From: an uncultured cyanobacterium
Lineage (GTDB): Bacteria; Cyanobacteriota; Cyanobacteriia; Cyanobacteriales; Nostocaceae
Reading direction: 5' to 3'
DNA length: 64,000 bases
NCBI GenBank assembly: GCA_963740315.1
Contig: CAVUDP010000002.1
Coordinates: forward strand, 3,840,001-3,904,000
Made by a program: the position numbers and the translations under genes. The notes under the pieces were generated by a model that saw only the letters and a list, made by a program, of their open reading frames with translations, did not search any database and was not told the DNA's origin. Shown here in pieces: positions 9,978 through 20,615 of the stretch. Position 1 is the first letter of the stretch, and each line of letters opens with the position of its first letter.

Positions 9978-11192
9978 CTATCCGATTAATTCAGCTACTC
10001 GGATTGCAGATGTAATGGCACCTTCATGTAAACCATCTCCTAAGTAAGCCCCTGCATGATAAGTATGGTTTTCCCCATTAGTATCAACTACCTCGTCTCG
10101 GTATCGGAAAGATTCAACAGTATATAATGGCGTATCATGTTCCAAACGCTGAATAATTTTATCTTGATTAATTAAAGATTCGAGATTAAACGCTAGATTA
10201 TATTTAACTTCAGATGAGACACCACACAATTGATTAAGATAAGCATTATATCCCCATCCCTTTGCCGTCTCGAAAAAATCAAACTCCGAGGGTTGTTTAA
10301 TACCGTATCTATCGTACATCGAAGTATCGGCATGAATCAGCGTAACTATTTGATTGTTCTCCCAACTACCAAAGCGTCTGATTTCAGCTTCTGTAGGATC
10401 TAACAATAGCTTTAGTACTCTATCTGGTGGAGTCGCAAACACAACTTTATCAAATCGATAGGTTGCACCATCCGACAGTTCAACTTTTACACCATCTGCA
10501 ATTCTAGAGATATCCGCGACATTGATGTTTAGCAGAATTTCCCCTTTGAAACGCTGTAAAATCTTTTCAATATAGGAATATACTCCACCCTTAATTCTGA
10601 ACCAGTCGATAAAAATGTAATCTCGCAGAGACAAAATCCCTAGTTCCGCTGGAAAATCATCAATTAGTTCAAATTGCATTGAATAACTATACATCGCCAG
10701 CAGTTTTATCCAGGTATTTCTAACACATCGAGTCTTTAAAAAGTAAGATAAAGACCGATTGTAAACTTCAGGTATTCTAGCAAAATGAGTTTTTAACCAA
10801 AAACCAGCCGAACGAGCATATAAACCGTCAAGCTTGAGAAATTCGATTAGTCGATGTGTTCGGGTGAAATTTTTTCGGATAGAAGATGCAGAATGTATAT
10901 GATGACCATTTTTGAAAAACATCGTAGAAGCTAAATCTACTGGTTCTAAATCAACTTCTAATTCTTTCATTAAATTGAGAAAGTTGTAGAAATTACCGGG
11001 AAATTCCAGTACTCCACCTTCTAAAAATTCGTCAAATTCACAGCTTTCAGGTTTAACATTTTTATTAAGAGTACGAATATGTCCCGCCAAAATCGGCTGT
11101 TTTTCAAACACTGTGACATGATGACCTTGTTTATCGAGAAGATAAGCCGTGACTAAACCGCTGGCTCCCCCGCCAATAATAGCTATTCTCAT
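9978..11192 (-). CDS. FAD-dependent oxidoreductase (amine-oxidase-like, COG2907-like)
   Basis: MRIAIIGGGASGL dinucleotide-binding motif and C-terminal AGAYLGDGLHEGAITSA. Confidence 0.8.
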   Translation of the reverse strand: MRIAIIGGGASGLVTAYLLDKQGHHVTVFEKQPILAGHIRTLNKNVKPESCEFDEFLEGGVLEFPGNFYNFLNLMKELEVDLEPVDLASTMFFKNGHHIHSASSIRKNFTRTHRLIEFLKLDGLYARSAGFWLKTHFARIPEVYNRSLSYFLKTRCVRNTWIKLLAMYSYSMQFELIDDFPAELGILSLRDYIFIDWFRIKGGVYSYIEKILQRFKGEILLNINVADISRIADGVKVELSDGATYRFDKVVFATPPDRVLKLLLDPTEAEIRRFGSWENNQIVTLIHADTSMYDRYGIKQPSEFDFFETAKGWGYNAYLNQLCGVSSEVKYNLAFNLESLINQDKIIQRLEHDTPLYTVESFRYRDEVVDTNGENHTYHAGAYLGDGLHEGAITSAIRVAELIG

Positions 11193-11271
11193 TTTTTTAC
11201 TCCCACATATTTGTTGCTTTTTGATAACTGCTCACTGCATGACGCTACCGCGTCACGCTGCGCTAACACTG

Positions 11272-12810
11272 TTAACTGTTTGTTAAAATCTTGTCTCCCG
11301 ACAACCTTTGATATAAAAGCGCTCCCGTCCAAAATGTCGGAGCAAATCCCGGATACCCCGATGAAGCATTACAAAAATAGAAATTATTCAAAGAGGTTTG
11401 ATGATTTAACCGACCAATCCCCATATTTTTAGGTGTAAGACTAGAACCGTAAGAATTACCATGAGGACAATGACAAAACCGTTCGTTGGTTGTAGGACTT
11501 CCCGTAATTTTGAAGACTAAATGTTGTCTAATATTTGGAATGTAGTGCTTCTCAACAACATCTAAAATAGAGTTTAAAATTTCCTCTTTCTTTTGCCGAT
11601 AAGCTTTTTTATCTTGTGTTATCAGTTCTTGAAAATAGCTGTAGTCAGCCACAGTCAAAAATTCGATAATGTGACAGTCTTCTGGACAATCACGCTCTTG
11701 AGTAGTTAATAAGGTAGGTGTAGTGATTGCAAAACTGGGATTGGAGTAATCATGAGCAACGTACATTTGATAAAATGCTTCATTCAAATCTTGATGACCT
11801 GTATGAAAAGTATTCCATTTACCAAATCCATAGTCCCGCAGGTCAATATCTTTGACTACACAGTATGCCATGTAGTTTGAGGCAGAATATTCGTAATTAA
11901 GTTTTTTCCGCACCGTCCGAGAAAACTTTTCATATCCAATCATTTTCGCGGCTTTTTTCGGATCTATATTGCAAATAACAGTATCGGCAGTAAACTTAGA
12001 AGTCTGATGGGTAATTAAATTCATAGCCTCAACACCCGTAACTGTCTTACCCGAAAGCAGAAAATTGACAACTTCAATGTTGCACAGGACTTCACCACCG
12101 TTATTAACAATCACTTTTACTAACCCATTAATTACAGCTTCAAAATGACGGGTAGGATAATAAGCCCCTTCTTGATATCCTGAAAATAAAATCACCCAAG
12201 CGTAAAAAGAAAGTTGATTTGGTGGTAGTAAAAAGTCTTGCCATTGCGAAGCTAAAAGCGTTTGCGCGGCTTGAGGTAGCTTGAATTTATCAAAAACATC
12301 TTGCAGCGTACTATTAAGATACATAACAGTGTTGCTGACTTCACCGAAATATGTAAATAATTCCCCAGGATTCACCGGAGGAGATAGTATTTTTAATCCC
12401 TCTCTAGTTTTTTTTACTTCAAAAACGAACTTACGAATTTGCTCTGCATTTTGAGGAAATAAATCAACAAGTCGTCGAATCAACTCCTGTGAATCGGAAG
12501 GAATATCTAAAGCATAATTTGGCATTCGCATATGGTCAAACCCATTTGGATCATACCTTTCAAAAGTAATATCTTTGTCTAAATTAAGTCTTTTAAGCAC
12601 CCGATTCACAGGTTTACCTTCACCGCAATCCCAAACGTAGTGAAGTTGTGCGTTAAAGCGATATTTTTTAGCCATAGTAAAAGTATGACCAAATCCACCG
12701 GGGTATTCATGGGCTTCCAAAACCTGCACCCGCTTTCGGGAGTTTGCCATCAGTGAACCAAATACTAAGCCGGATAAACCGCTTCCTAAAATTAGGTAAT
12801 CAGTTTTCAT
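11272..12810 (-). CDS. Phytoene-desaturase-family NAD(P)/FAD oxidoreductase
   Basis: DYLILGSGLSGL..VLEAHEYPGG, GAYYP, GSPTTNERF..GNSYG. Confidence 0.8.
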   Translation of the reverse strand: MKTDYLILGSGLSGLVFGSLMANSRKRVQVLEAHEYPGGFGHTFTMAKKYRFNAQLHYVWDCGEGKPVNRVLKRLNLDKDITFERYDPNGFDHMRMPNYALDIPSDSQELIRRLVDLFPQNAEQIRKFVFEVKKTREGLKILSPPVNPGELFTYFGEVSNTVMYLNSTLQDVFDKFKLPQAAQTLLASQWQDFLLPPNQLSFYAWVILFSGYQEGAYYPTRHFEAVINGLVKVIVNNGGEVLCNIEVVNFLLSGKTVTGVEAMNLITHQTSKFTADTVICNIDPKKAAKMIGYEKFSRTVRKKLNYEYSASNYMAYCVVKDIDLRDYGFGKWNTFHTGHQDLNEAFYQMYVAHDYSNPSFAITTPTLLTTQERDCPEDCHIIEFLTVADYSYFQELITQDKKAYRQKKEEILNSILDVVEKHYIPNIRQHLVFKITGSPTTNERFCHCPHGNSYGSSLTPKNMGIGRLNHQTSLNNFYFCNASSGYPGFAPTFWTGALLYQRLSGDKILTNS

Positions 12811-12878
12811 AACCAGTTTTATTAAATAACTATATTCATGCTCTAGTCGAGCATAAAATTTAATTTAGGAAATAAATT

Positions 12879-12893
12879 TGAGAAAGTTGTGAG
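12879..12893 (-). promoter_or_regulatory. Direct-repeat box copy 1 (CTCACAACTTTCTCA), facing the oxidoreductase operon
   Basis: Followed 11 nt later by TAAATT. Confidence 0.7.
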
Positions 12894-12999
12894 GAAGTTA
12901 TTGATACAGTAGGATAATCCCGCTTCAAAAATAAATAAAATATTAAATATCAGCAATAATTATCAAAAAACGGTTTTTAATGCCAGGAGCAAAGAAATA

Positions 13000-13014
13000 C
13001 TCACAATTTCCTCA
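13000..13014 (+). promoter_or_regulatory. Direct-repeat box copy 2 (CTCACAATTTCCTCA), with no downstream ORF
   Basis: Followed 11 nt later by TATGAT (13026-13031). Confidence 0.65.
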
Positions 13015-13139
13015 ATTTTAGGCTTTATGATGAAAGGAAAGCTATAGAATTAGCAAACAAAATAGTTTACACAAGTCAATTTTAGATTGTTCATGTAAAT
13101 ATTATATTGTCTGTAGTACAATTATACTTGCAATAGTTT

Positions 13140-13814
13140 TTATGACAATATAAATCTAAAAGTCAAATTTATTCTTTCTTCTAACTGTTTAGAAGTCTTT
13201 GCTATTTGATGATGCCAAAAGTGCTGTGTAGAGCCTTTCATAATCAGAAAGCTACCATTTGTTAAAGAAACTTCAACCTTACCTAAATCTTTTCGATGTT
13301 TGTGTCTAAACTGAAAACGTCTTGTTTCTCCAAAACTTACTGACCCGATAACAGGATTATTTCCTAATTCTTTTTCATCATCACTATGCCAAGAGACATA
13401 ATCTTTTCCACCACGGTAAAGATTTATTAGGACACTATTAAATACTATGTTAGTATTTTCTTCAATTCTATTTTTGATTTTAAGTAATGAAGGTGTCCAA
13501 GGTTCAGGATTCATATTAATTCCTGAATATTTATATGATTTACCTTCATCTCCATACCAAGCTGTTAATCTAGGTAAATTAAATTCTTTACCAAACATTT
13601 TCATCTTGTCTTGTCGCCAACTTAAGCTATTCCGTAGCTTTTTGAACAACTGATTACTTTCTGACTCTTCAAAAAAATCTCGGTAGATAATTACCTCTGC
13701 ATCTGGCATAGGTTTACCATCCGGCATTAGTATATTCTCTGGTTGTTTTGAAAGCTTCACTTCAGGATTGAATAATAAGTTTAAACTTAACTGTTGTCCA
13801 ATTTCATTTGACAT
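13140..13814 (-). CDS. alkB: AlkB-family 2OG-Fe(II) dioxygenase (ALKBH2/3-like)
   Basis: PRLTAWYG, NSVLINLYR, WHSDDE (HxD), WHHQI, RINLTFR. Confidence 0.9.
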   Translation of the reverse strand: MSNEIGQQLSLNLLFNPEVKLSKQPENILMPDGKPMPDAEVIIYRDFFEESESNQLFKKLRNSLSWRQDKMKMFGKEFNLPRLTAWYGDEGKSYKYSGINMNPEPWTPSLLKIKNRIEENTNIVFNSVLINLYRGGKDYVSWHSDDEKELGNNPVIGSVSFGETRRFQFRHKHRKDLGKVEVSLTNGSFLIMKGSTQHFWHHQIAKTSKQLEERINLTFRFILS

Positions 13815-13840
13815 AATGAATCCTAGTTTTTCAATATCAG

Positions 13841-14647
13841 TTAAATAGCATATGTCAAGAAAATTCTTTGATATCTGTCTATATAGTAATTGTTATCATA
13901 TTTACCTAACTTCATAGACCATACTTTACCTCTAAGATTTGCATCTGTCCTTGATATATCAGATATCTGGAATATTTCAGACATTATAGTATGAAAATCA
14001 TTAATACGGACTTTTCCACCATATCTTTGAGGACTTACACACAAAAAATAGTTAGAACCCCTTTGGGATGTTTTTAGTAAATTGCTTAATTGTCTCAAGT
14101 TTATGTCTTTAATATCAAGTATATTTGAGAAAACGTGAATTTTAATTGTTTGAAGTTGAGACTTTACATCATTAACATTTAATTCGTTAAGTTCTTTGTT
14201 AACTTTCCTTATTTTAAGAGCAGTCCTTTCATGCATGAGAGCAGACTCGACATAGTTTTTTCCTCTATTTAAAGAAACTATAGATGGTTCAATAAGAGTA
14301 ACACCTTCTATATCAAGATTGATGCTTCGTGACATTAGATAGTTGATTAAAACACAGGTATCCGTAGCGGGACCACAACCATAGCTGAAAATTTCTAATG
14401 TCTTTCCTACAAATTTTGATAAATCTAAAGTGTCAAAGGCACTTACTAACTTATAGTAATGTTGCGCTCCATACAGTGCAATATAAGCATCAACTTGTTC
14501 ATTATTATCTAAAATTTTTATTCCATTATCAATATCAGCAAGGGTTTGACGTAAATTTTTATATTGAGAAGTATGCTTTTTCAAACAATCTGTATAGACT
14601 TGCTCAAGATAGTTGAAGGTAGGTTTAAATAAATACTTGCTTTCCAT
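13841..14647 (-). CDS. Hypothetical protein with a class I SAM-methyltransferase-like motif
   Basis: AYIALYG..HY, FSYGCGPATD, LIEPS, HVFSNILDI. Very AT-rich. Confidence 0.55.
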   Translation of the reverse strand: MESKYLFKPTFNYLEQVYTDCLKKHTSQYKNLRQTLADIDNGIKILDNNEQVDAYIALYGAQHYYKLVSAFDTLDLSKFVGKTLEIFSYGCGPATDTCVLINYLMSRSINLDIEGVTLIEPSIVSLNRGKNYVESALMHERTALKIRKVNKELNELNVNDVKSQLQTIKIHVFSNILDIKDINLRQLSNLLKTSQRGSNYFLCVSPQRYGGKVRINDFHTIMSEIFQISDISRTDANLRGKVWSMKLGKYDNNYYIDRYQRIFLTYAI

Positions 14648-15003
14648 TATGCCCTGATTTTATTGCATTTATTAACACAACTCCAAGATGCTCTAAATAA
14701 CGCGGAGAAAGGGCAAGAAAGTATTTATTTTATGTAAAATTAAGATGTTTTTTATATATTTATTAGCTTCATGAAACTAAAGTATTTTCACTTAGGTATT
14801 ATTTTTTGATTTTCGTTCATATTTATATGATATTAGAACTAGCATAAATTTATTACTCTAGTCCTTCCGTTTCTGCCTTTAATTTTTTACAGGAAATAAT
14901 TATGATATCGCCACTATGTATATTGATTATCCTATCACCTACTGCTGCAATTCCAGCATCATAAGTAATAGTATTCAGTTATTTATCTAATATTTTGTAT
15001 ACC

Positions 15004-15018
15004 CTCACAAGAATCTCA
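15004..15018 (+). promoter_or_regulatory. Direct-repeat box copy 3 (CTCACAAGAATCTCA), upstream of GH65-pgmB
   Basis: Followed 11 nt later by TACTAA. Confidence 0.6.
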
Positions 15019-15101
15019 TATTTATTTGCTACTAAGAACAAAGTTGCATTTATAGCTTTTGAATTGACATTTAATAAATAAAAAAAATAGCCTTAATACC
15101 A

Positions 15102-17981
15102 ATGAAAAAAAATATTTTAGACCCCCATTTACTCTATGAGGATTGGATTCTCACCGAAAATTATTTCGACCCCGAACAATTCAACTATAAAGAAACTGTA
15201 TTTACCATTGGTAACGGTTATCTGGGTACGCGAGGAAGTTTTGCAGAAGGTTATCCCGGTGCAGTCGCTGCTACTTTGATTAATGGTGTTTATGATGATG
15301 TGCCAATTTACTATACCGAACTTGTTAACTGCCCCGATTGGCTGCCCTTATATATTATTATCGATGACGAAGAATTTCGTTTAGATAAAGGAGAATTGTT
15401 TAATTACCAGCGTCAGCTAGACTTGAAACGAGGTATTTTAAGTCGTAAAATAGGTTGGCGCAGTCCGAATGGTAAAACAATCGACCTTCATTTTGAACGC
15501 TTTGCAAGTCTTGCAGACCAAAATGTTTTGGGTTTACGCATTCAACTAACACCAATTGATTTTGATGGCACGATTCGGATTCGCGGGAGTATTGACGGTA
15601 ATCCAGAAGATAATGATGGATTCAATCCCTGGTTAATTCTCGACCAAAATTATAGTGAAGCTAGTTCTTGTTTGCTAGTTCGGACTAGAACTTCTCGCAT
15701 TGAATTGGGAATGGCATTTAAATTAGTAATATCTGGAACGAAACCCAGATTTAGAGATATAAGCGTTCCCGGTTTTCCCACAGTGGAATCAAGGTTTGAT
15801 GTTGTTCGAGGAGTTACCGTTACTGTAGAAAAATTAGTTACGGTTTTTACTTCACGAGACATCGAACATCCAATTCAAGCTGCTTGCGATAAGTTGCAGA
15901 AACTACCAAGCTATGAAGAATTACGAAACCATCACGAACAAGCTTGGGAAAAAATATGGTATTACAGCGATATTGTTATAGAAGGAAGCGCTCAGGCTCA
16001 ACTAGTTTTACGGTACAATCTTTTCCAACTATTAATTAGCGCTCCCCGTCATGACGATAGAGTTAGCATTCCTGCCAAAACTTTATCTGGCTTCGGATAT
16101 CGCGGTCATATTTTTTGGGATACTGAATTTTTTATACTGCCCTTTTTCCTGTTTACTCAACCAGATATTGCACGTAATTTACTCAGCTACCGCTACCATA
16201 CTTTGGAAGGAGCGCGACGCAAAGCAAAATATAACGGCTACCGTGGTGCAATGTATGCTTGGGAAAGCGCTGCGACTGGTGACGAAGTAACTCCAAGATG
16301 GGCACCAGCAAAGCATTTATATGAAGAAGATATTCGCATTTGGTGTCGCGATCGCGAAATACACATTAGTTCTGATATTAGTATTGCAGCTTGGTTATAT
16401 TGGCAGGTTACGAACGATGACGAATGGATGCGCGATTGTGGTGCAGAGATTATTCTCGATACAGCTTTGTTTTGGAGTAGCAGGGTTTATCTCGACGTGA
16501 AGCGCGAATGTTATTCCATTCTTGATGTGATTGGACCGGATGAGTATCACGAAAATATAGATAATAATGCTTTTACCAATCGAATGGTGCAATGGCATTT
16601 GCAAATAGCTCTTGATGTATACGATTGGCTAAGGACAAAATTCCCCGACAAAGCGACAGAATTAGAGGAAAAGCTGCAATTAACTGAAAAAAGACGTTGC
16701 CGTTGGCGAGATATTGCCGAAAATCTCTTGATTCCTTATAATTCAAAAACTGGACTTATCGAACAGTTCGAGGGTTTTTTTAAATTAGAAGATGTCAACC
16801 TTGCCGATTACGAACCCCGTACCGATTCCATGTTAACGATTTTGGGAATCAAGGAAATTAACAAGCGGCAGATTCTCAAGCAGCCAGACGTATTGATGCT
16901 ACTTTACTTAATGGAGAGAACCGCCGTAACAGATTATGGTAAAGAAGTTCTTCTGAAAAACTGGGATTATTACGCACCCCGTACCGATATTACCTATGGT
17001 TCTTCTTTAGGTCCGGCTATTCACGGACTTGTAGCAGCTTCTTTAGGTAAGACGGGTGAAGCTTACGAAAATTTTCGATTGGCTGCATTAGTTGATTTAG
17101 AAAATACGCGAGGTAACGCTGCCGAAGGAATTCATGCTGCATCCTGCGGTAGTATTTGGCAAGCTGTAATTTTTGGTGTAGCCGGTATCCAGTTTACAAA
17201 AAATGGGCCTGTAGCCAAACCTAATTTACCACCTACTTGGAAACGTTTACAATTTAAGCTTTACTGGCGCGGTGATTGGCATTCCTTTGACTTAAAGCCT
17301 AAAGTTAGCAGCGTGAAATCGGAAATCAAAGGCTTTATTTTTGATTTAGATGGAGTGCTTACGGATACAGCAGAATTACATTATCAAGCTTGGCAAAAAC
17401 TAGCAGACGAAGTTGGTATTCCCTTCAACCGCAAAGCGAATGAAGCATTACGAGGAATTTCTCGTCGAGATTCATTAATAAAAATAATTGGGGATAGAAA
17501 ATATTCAGAGTCACAAATCCAAGAGATGATGGAGCGCAAGAACCGTTATTATGTAGAATTTATTCAACAAATAACACCCCAGGATTTATTACCGGGGGCT
17601 AGTGATTTAATAGAGGAATTGCGCTCCAAAGGAATTAAAATTGCAATTGGTTCGGGAAGTAAAAATGCTCGTACTGTAATTGAAAGACTTGGGATTGCAG
17701 ACAAGCTGGATGCAATTGCTGATGGTAACAGCGTCAAACGTTCTAAACCTGCACCAGACTTATTTTTATATGCAGCTAGTCAGTTGGGATTGGAACCAGC
17801 CGATTGTGTTGTGGTAGAAGACGCAGCATCCGGAGTTGAAGCAGCCCTTGCTGGAGGAATGAGAACTATAGGAATTGGTTCAGATCAAAGAGTTGGTGCT
17901 GCTCACATTATTTTGCCGAATTTAAAGGGTGTTACCTTCAAAGATATTCAGCACAAGTTTAGTTTTTGTTTGTCGGATTAA
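15102..17981 (+). CDS. pgmB: GH65 alpha-glucoside (kojibiose/maltose/trehalose) phosphorylase fused to a C-terminal beta-phosphoglucomutase
   Basis: GNGYLGTRG, GYRGHIFWDTE, VIGPDEYHE, KQPDV, GSSLG; HAD motifs FDLDGVLTDT, KPAPDLF, VVEDA. Confidence 0.92.
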   Translation: MKKNILDPHLLYEDWILTENYFDPEQFNYKETVFTIGNGYLGTRGSFAEGYPGAVAATLINGVYDDVPIYYTELVNCPDWLPLYIIIDDEEFRLDKGELFNYQRQLDLKRGILSRKIGWRSPNGKTIDLHFERFASLADQNVLGLRIQLTPIDFDGTIRIRGSIDGNPEDNDGFNPWLILDQNYSEASSCLLVRTRTSRIELGMAFKLVISGTKPRFRDISVPGFPTVESRFDVVRGVTVTVEKLVTVFTSRDIEHPIQAACDKLQKLPSYEELRNHHEQAWEKIWYYSDIVIEGSAQAQLVLRYNLFQLLISAPRHDDRVSIPAKTLSGFGYRGHIFWDTEFFILPFFLFTQPDIARNLLSYRYHTLEGARRKAKYNGYRGAMYAWESAATGDEVTPRWAPAKHLYEEDIRIWCRDREIHISSDISIAAWLYWQVTNDDEWMRDCGAEIILDTALFWSSRVYLDVKRECYSILDVIGPDEYHENIDNNAFTNRMVQWHLQIALDVYDWLRTKFPDKATELEEKLQLTEKRRCRWRDIAENLLIPYNSKTGLIEQFEGFFKLEDVNLADYEPRTDSMLTILGIKEINKRQILKQPDVLMLLYLMERTAVTDYGKEVLLKNWDYYAPRTDITYGSSLGPAIHGLVAASLGKTGEAYENFRLAALVDLENTRGNAAEGIHAASCGSIWQAVIFGVAGIQFTKNGPVAKPNLPPTWKRLQFKLYWRGDWHSFDLKPKVSSVKSEIKGFIFDLDGVLTDTAELHYQAWQKLADEVGIPFNRKANEALRGISRRDSLIKIIGDRKYSESQIQEMMERKNRYYVEFIQQITPQDLLPGASDLIEELRSKGIKIAIGSGSKNARTVIERLGIADKLDAIADGNSVKRSKPAPDLFLYAASQLGLEPADCVVVEDAASGVEAALAGGMRTIGIGSDQRVGAAHIILPNLKGVTFKDIQHKFSFCLSD

Positions 17982-18044
17982 TTAATCAATAATTGGGGTG
18001 TTGTTTAAAGACGGTTATCTAAACAAATATACTTTTTAATATCC

Positions 18045-18059
18045 CTCACAGCTTCCTCA
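18045..18059 (+). promoter_or_regulatory. Direct-repeat box copy 4 (CTCACAGCTTCCTCA)
   Basis: Followed 11 nt later by TATTCT. Lies upstream of ORF 18209. Confidence 0.65.
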
Positions 18060-18208
18060 CAATTTATCTTTATTCTTAATATTGAAGGTTAATCAAGGCT
18101 TCTATGCTCAATTAATAAATTACATTGCTTGTTTTAATTACCATTCACCAGCAGAGATTTTATGAAAAAAAATGACTATTATACTAAACAATTCATAAGG
18201 AGTATAGT

Positions 18209-18502
18209 ATGAAAACACAAGCTAAATATACACTTGCAGACCTATATAAAATCAAACAAATTAAAAGCGAGATTCAATATTTGCGAGAACAACTTTCAGA
18301 AATTGACAGCGAAATTGACAGAAGAGAACAAGATAAGACTAATAATGAGGCGAATAAGATAATAATTTATTCCCAAAAGTTGCCATACCAGAATGATGAT
18401 TATAATACCGAAGAGGTAGAAGAAGATAAAGAAAAACTTTGGGGTAACTATATACTCGTTATTCTGCTTATTTTTTATATTATTGTAATGAGTTTTCTAT
18501 AA
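18209..18502 (+). CDS. Small coiled-coil protein with a C-terminal membrane anchor
   Basis: AAGGAG RBS and a hydrophobic C-terminal tail. Confidence 0.65.
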   Translation: MKTQAKYTLADLYKIKQIKSEIQYLREQLSEIDSEIDRREQDKTNNEANKIIIYSQKLPYQNDDYNTEEVEEDKEKLWGNYILVILLIFYIIVMSFL

Positions 18503-18537
18503 ACCGTACTGAAATTCCATTCATTTTTCTAATCTGT

Positions 18538-18829
18538 TTAGACTATTTTTGTCATCTTGTTTAGCGTGAATTCCTCAACCGCACCTTCCGTTGCAGCCAT
18601 ATAGTCCTTTAGATGCTGGTTGTTCATATGCGTCTGCCAAAGTTCGCGTGATTCCCAGTTCTCGTAAAATAAGAAATGAGCGGGATTTTGATTATAAGGA
18701 ATGTATTTAGTATTGGAGACAGCCTTTTTTAGCACGGGTAATATCAACGAGCTTTTCAAGTTCCGTTTTTACAAGATTGACTTTATCCGATTTTGCTTTA
18801 ATACTGGCAACGATGGTTAGCTTTGACAT
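18538..18829 (-). pseudogene. Putative quinol monooxygenase (ABM/YgiN family), with a stop and a frameshift
   Basis: The ATG at 18829 (AGGAG RBS) reads MSKLTIVASIKAKSDKVNLVKTELEKLVDITRAKKGCLQY*. The C-terminal half NPAHFLFYENWESRELWQTHM is in another frame. Confidence 0.8.
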
Positions 18830-18860
18830 GATTTTCTCCTTTTTTATGGGTTGTTAAAGA

Positions 18861-19983
18861 CTAATTCCATTCAGCTAGAGCAATTTTGCCAATAGTTTTA
18901 CCATGTTCAAGACGTTGATGAACATCCCGTAGATTTTTAGCATTGATAGGTTTAACTACATCATTGCAAGTTGAAATAATTACACCATTTTCAATTAGTT
19001 GACTCAACTCCCCCAGTAAATTACTTTGCTCTGCCATATCTGCTGTTTGATACATCGAGCGAGTAAACATAAATTCCCACACCAAGCCAGCACTCTTACT
19101 TTTTAAAGTATCCATATCTAGCGGTTGTTCGTTTTCCACAATCGAACAAATTGTGCCTTGGGGTTTAATCGCTTTAGTCATAGCTTCCCAGTGACCATCG
19201 GTGTCGTTCAAACAAAGAATATAAGTACCTAAGCAAAATTAATTGTATATTGTCATTGCGAGGAACGAAGCAATCCCAGCGTTTTGAAGATTTTAGAATG
19301 TTAAATTAATTTTGCACGACTACTTAATCAACATTTTGATAACCAATTTTCTCAATCTCTTCTGCTAGATTATTTCGATGATTGACCACTTCATCAGCAC
19401 CAAGTTTCTTACACCAAGCGATAGTTTCAGGACGAGAAGCTGTAGCAATAACATTGAGTTTGGCTATCTTTTTCGCTATTTGAATAGCAATAGAACCAAC
19501 TCCCCCCGAACCATTAATAATTAAAATTGATTTACCTGCATCTGCTCCTGTTTTATCAATATTCAATCTTTCAAACAAAGCTTCCCAAGCAGTGATACTA
19601 GTAAGAGGAAAAGCTGCTGCATTAGCAAAATCTAAATTCTGGGGTTTGCGTCCGACAATTCTGGCATCTACCAAATGAAATTCGCTGTTGCTACCAGGAC
19701 GGGTAATATCTCCTGCATAATAAACCTCGTCTCCAGGCTGAAATTCTTTTACTTCTGCTCCAACTTCTACCACTACACCTGCGGCATCCCAACCAAGAAT
19801 GCGGGGTTCGGATTCAACCTTATCTTTCGGTACGCGGACTTTAGTATCTACTGGGTTAACAGAAATAGCCTTGACTTGCACTAGTAAATCTTTGCCTTTA
19901 GCTGTGGGCTTAGGGATTTCCACATCTAACAGACTATTTCCGTTGTTAATGGGTAAATATTGAATTAAACCTACTGCTTTCAT
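18861..19983 (-). pseudogene. Zinc-binding alcohol dehydrogenase family (quinone oxidoreductase-like), split by a MITE
   Basis: AISVNPVDTK, LGWDAAG, INGSGGVGS ... WEFMFTRS, GKTIGKI. Removing 19224-19324 plus one TA restores NVDYILCLNDT. Confidence 0.9.
19224..19324. mobile_element. 101-bp MITE with a TA target-site duplication (IS630/Tc1-like ends)
   Basis: Imperfect TIRs AGTACCTAAGCAAAATTAATT / AATTAATTTTGCACGACTACT, TA at 19222-23 and 19325-26, internal GTCATTGCGA..GAAGCAATC repeat. Confidence 0.85.
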
Positions 19984-20055
19984 GGATTTTACCTTCAAAA
20001 TTTAAATATTATTATCTTCTGGTAACACAGCCTTATTTAGTAGAATCGAGCGCGG

Positions 20056-20615
20056 TTACTTTTTGGACTGCGCCTGAATAACGTCGAATTTACCATCCGT
20101 GCGTACATATATGATGCTTTCGTCTTTCGCATTAGACGAGACTTGATGCACCGACTTTCCCTTCGAGCCGAAATAACTACCCGGTACCAAGGTCTTAACG
20201 TCAGTCTCATTCGACACTTGGTACTGAGGTTGACCCTGGATTACTACAGCGCGGAACGTCGAGCCGTTGCTACGTATATTTCCAGTAAATCCAGCCGGTA
20301 GCTTGACAAGAGTTCCGTTCAACTGACCGTCCTGCGGGCTGCCCCAAAGAAAGGCTACCTTTGCTCCATTTTTAGAAGCTGGCATTCCTTCACTATCGAC
20401 CCAAACAATGTTCGATGCGTCCACGTTAATCGGCTTGTCATCGCTAGAAAATGCCTTGTCAGTCGGAAGGACGAGATACGGTCCACTGTCGATTTCTATG
20501 TACGCCAGGTTTTTGCTGCCCTCGGCAGCGGTAATGTGTACACCTCCGGCTGGCTGAGTCCAGAAAGAACCCTTCGGCAGCCACATCTTTTCGGCATTCG
20601 GGTCATCGTTTCGTA
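20056..20615 (-). pseudogene. 5'-truncated cupin-like DUF4437-type protein
   Basis: [41 protein letters not shown]. Higher GC than the flanks; the N-terminus is missing. Confidence 0.7.
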
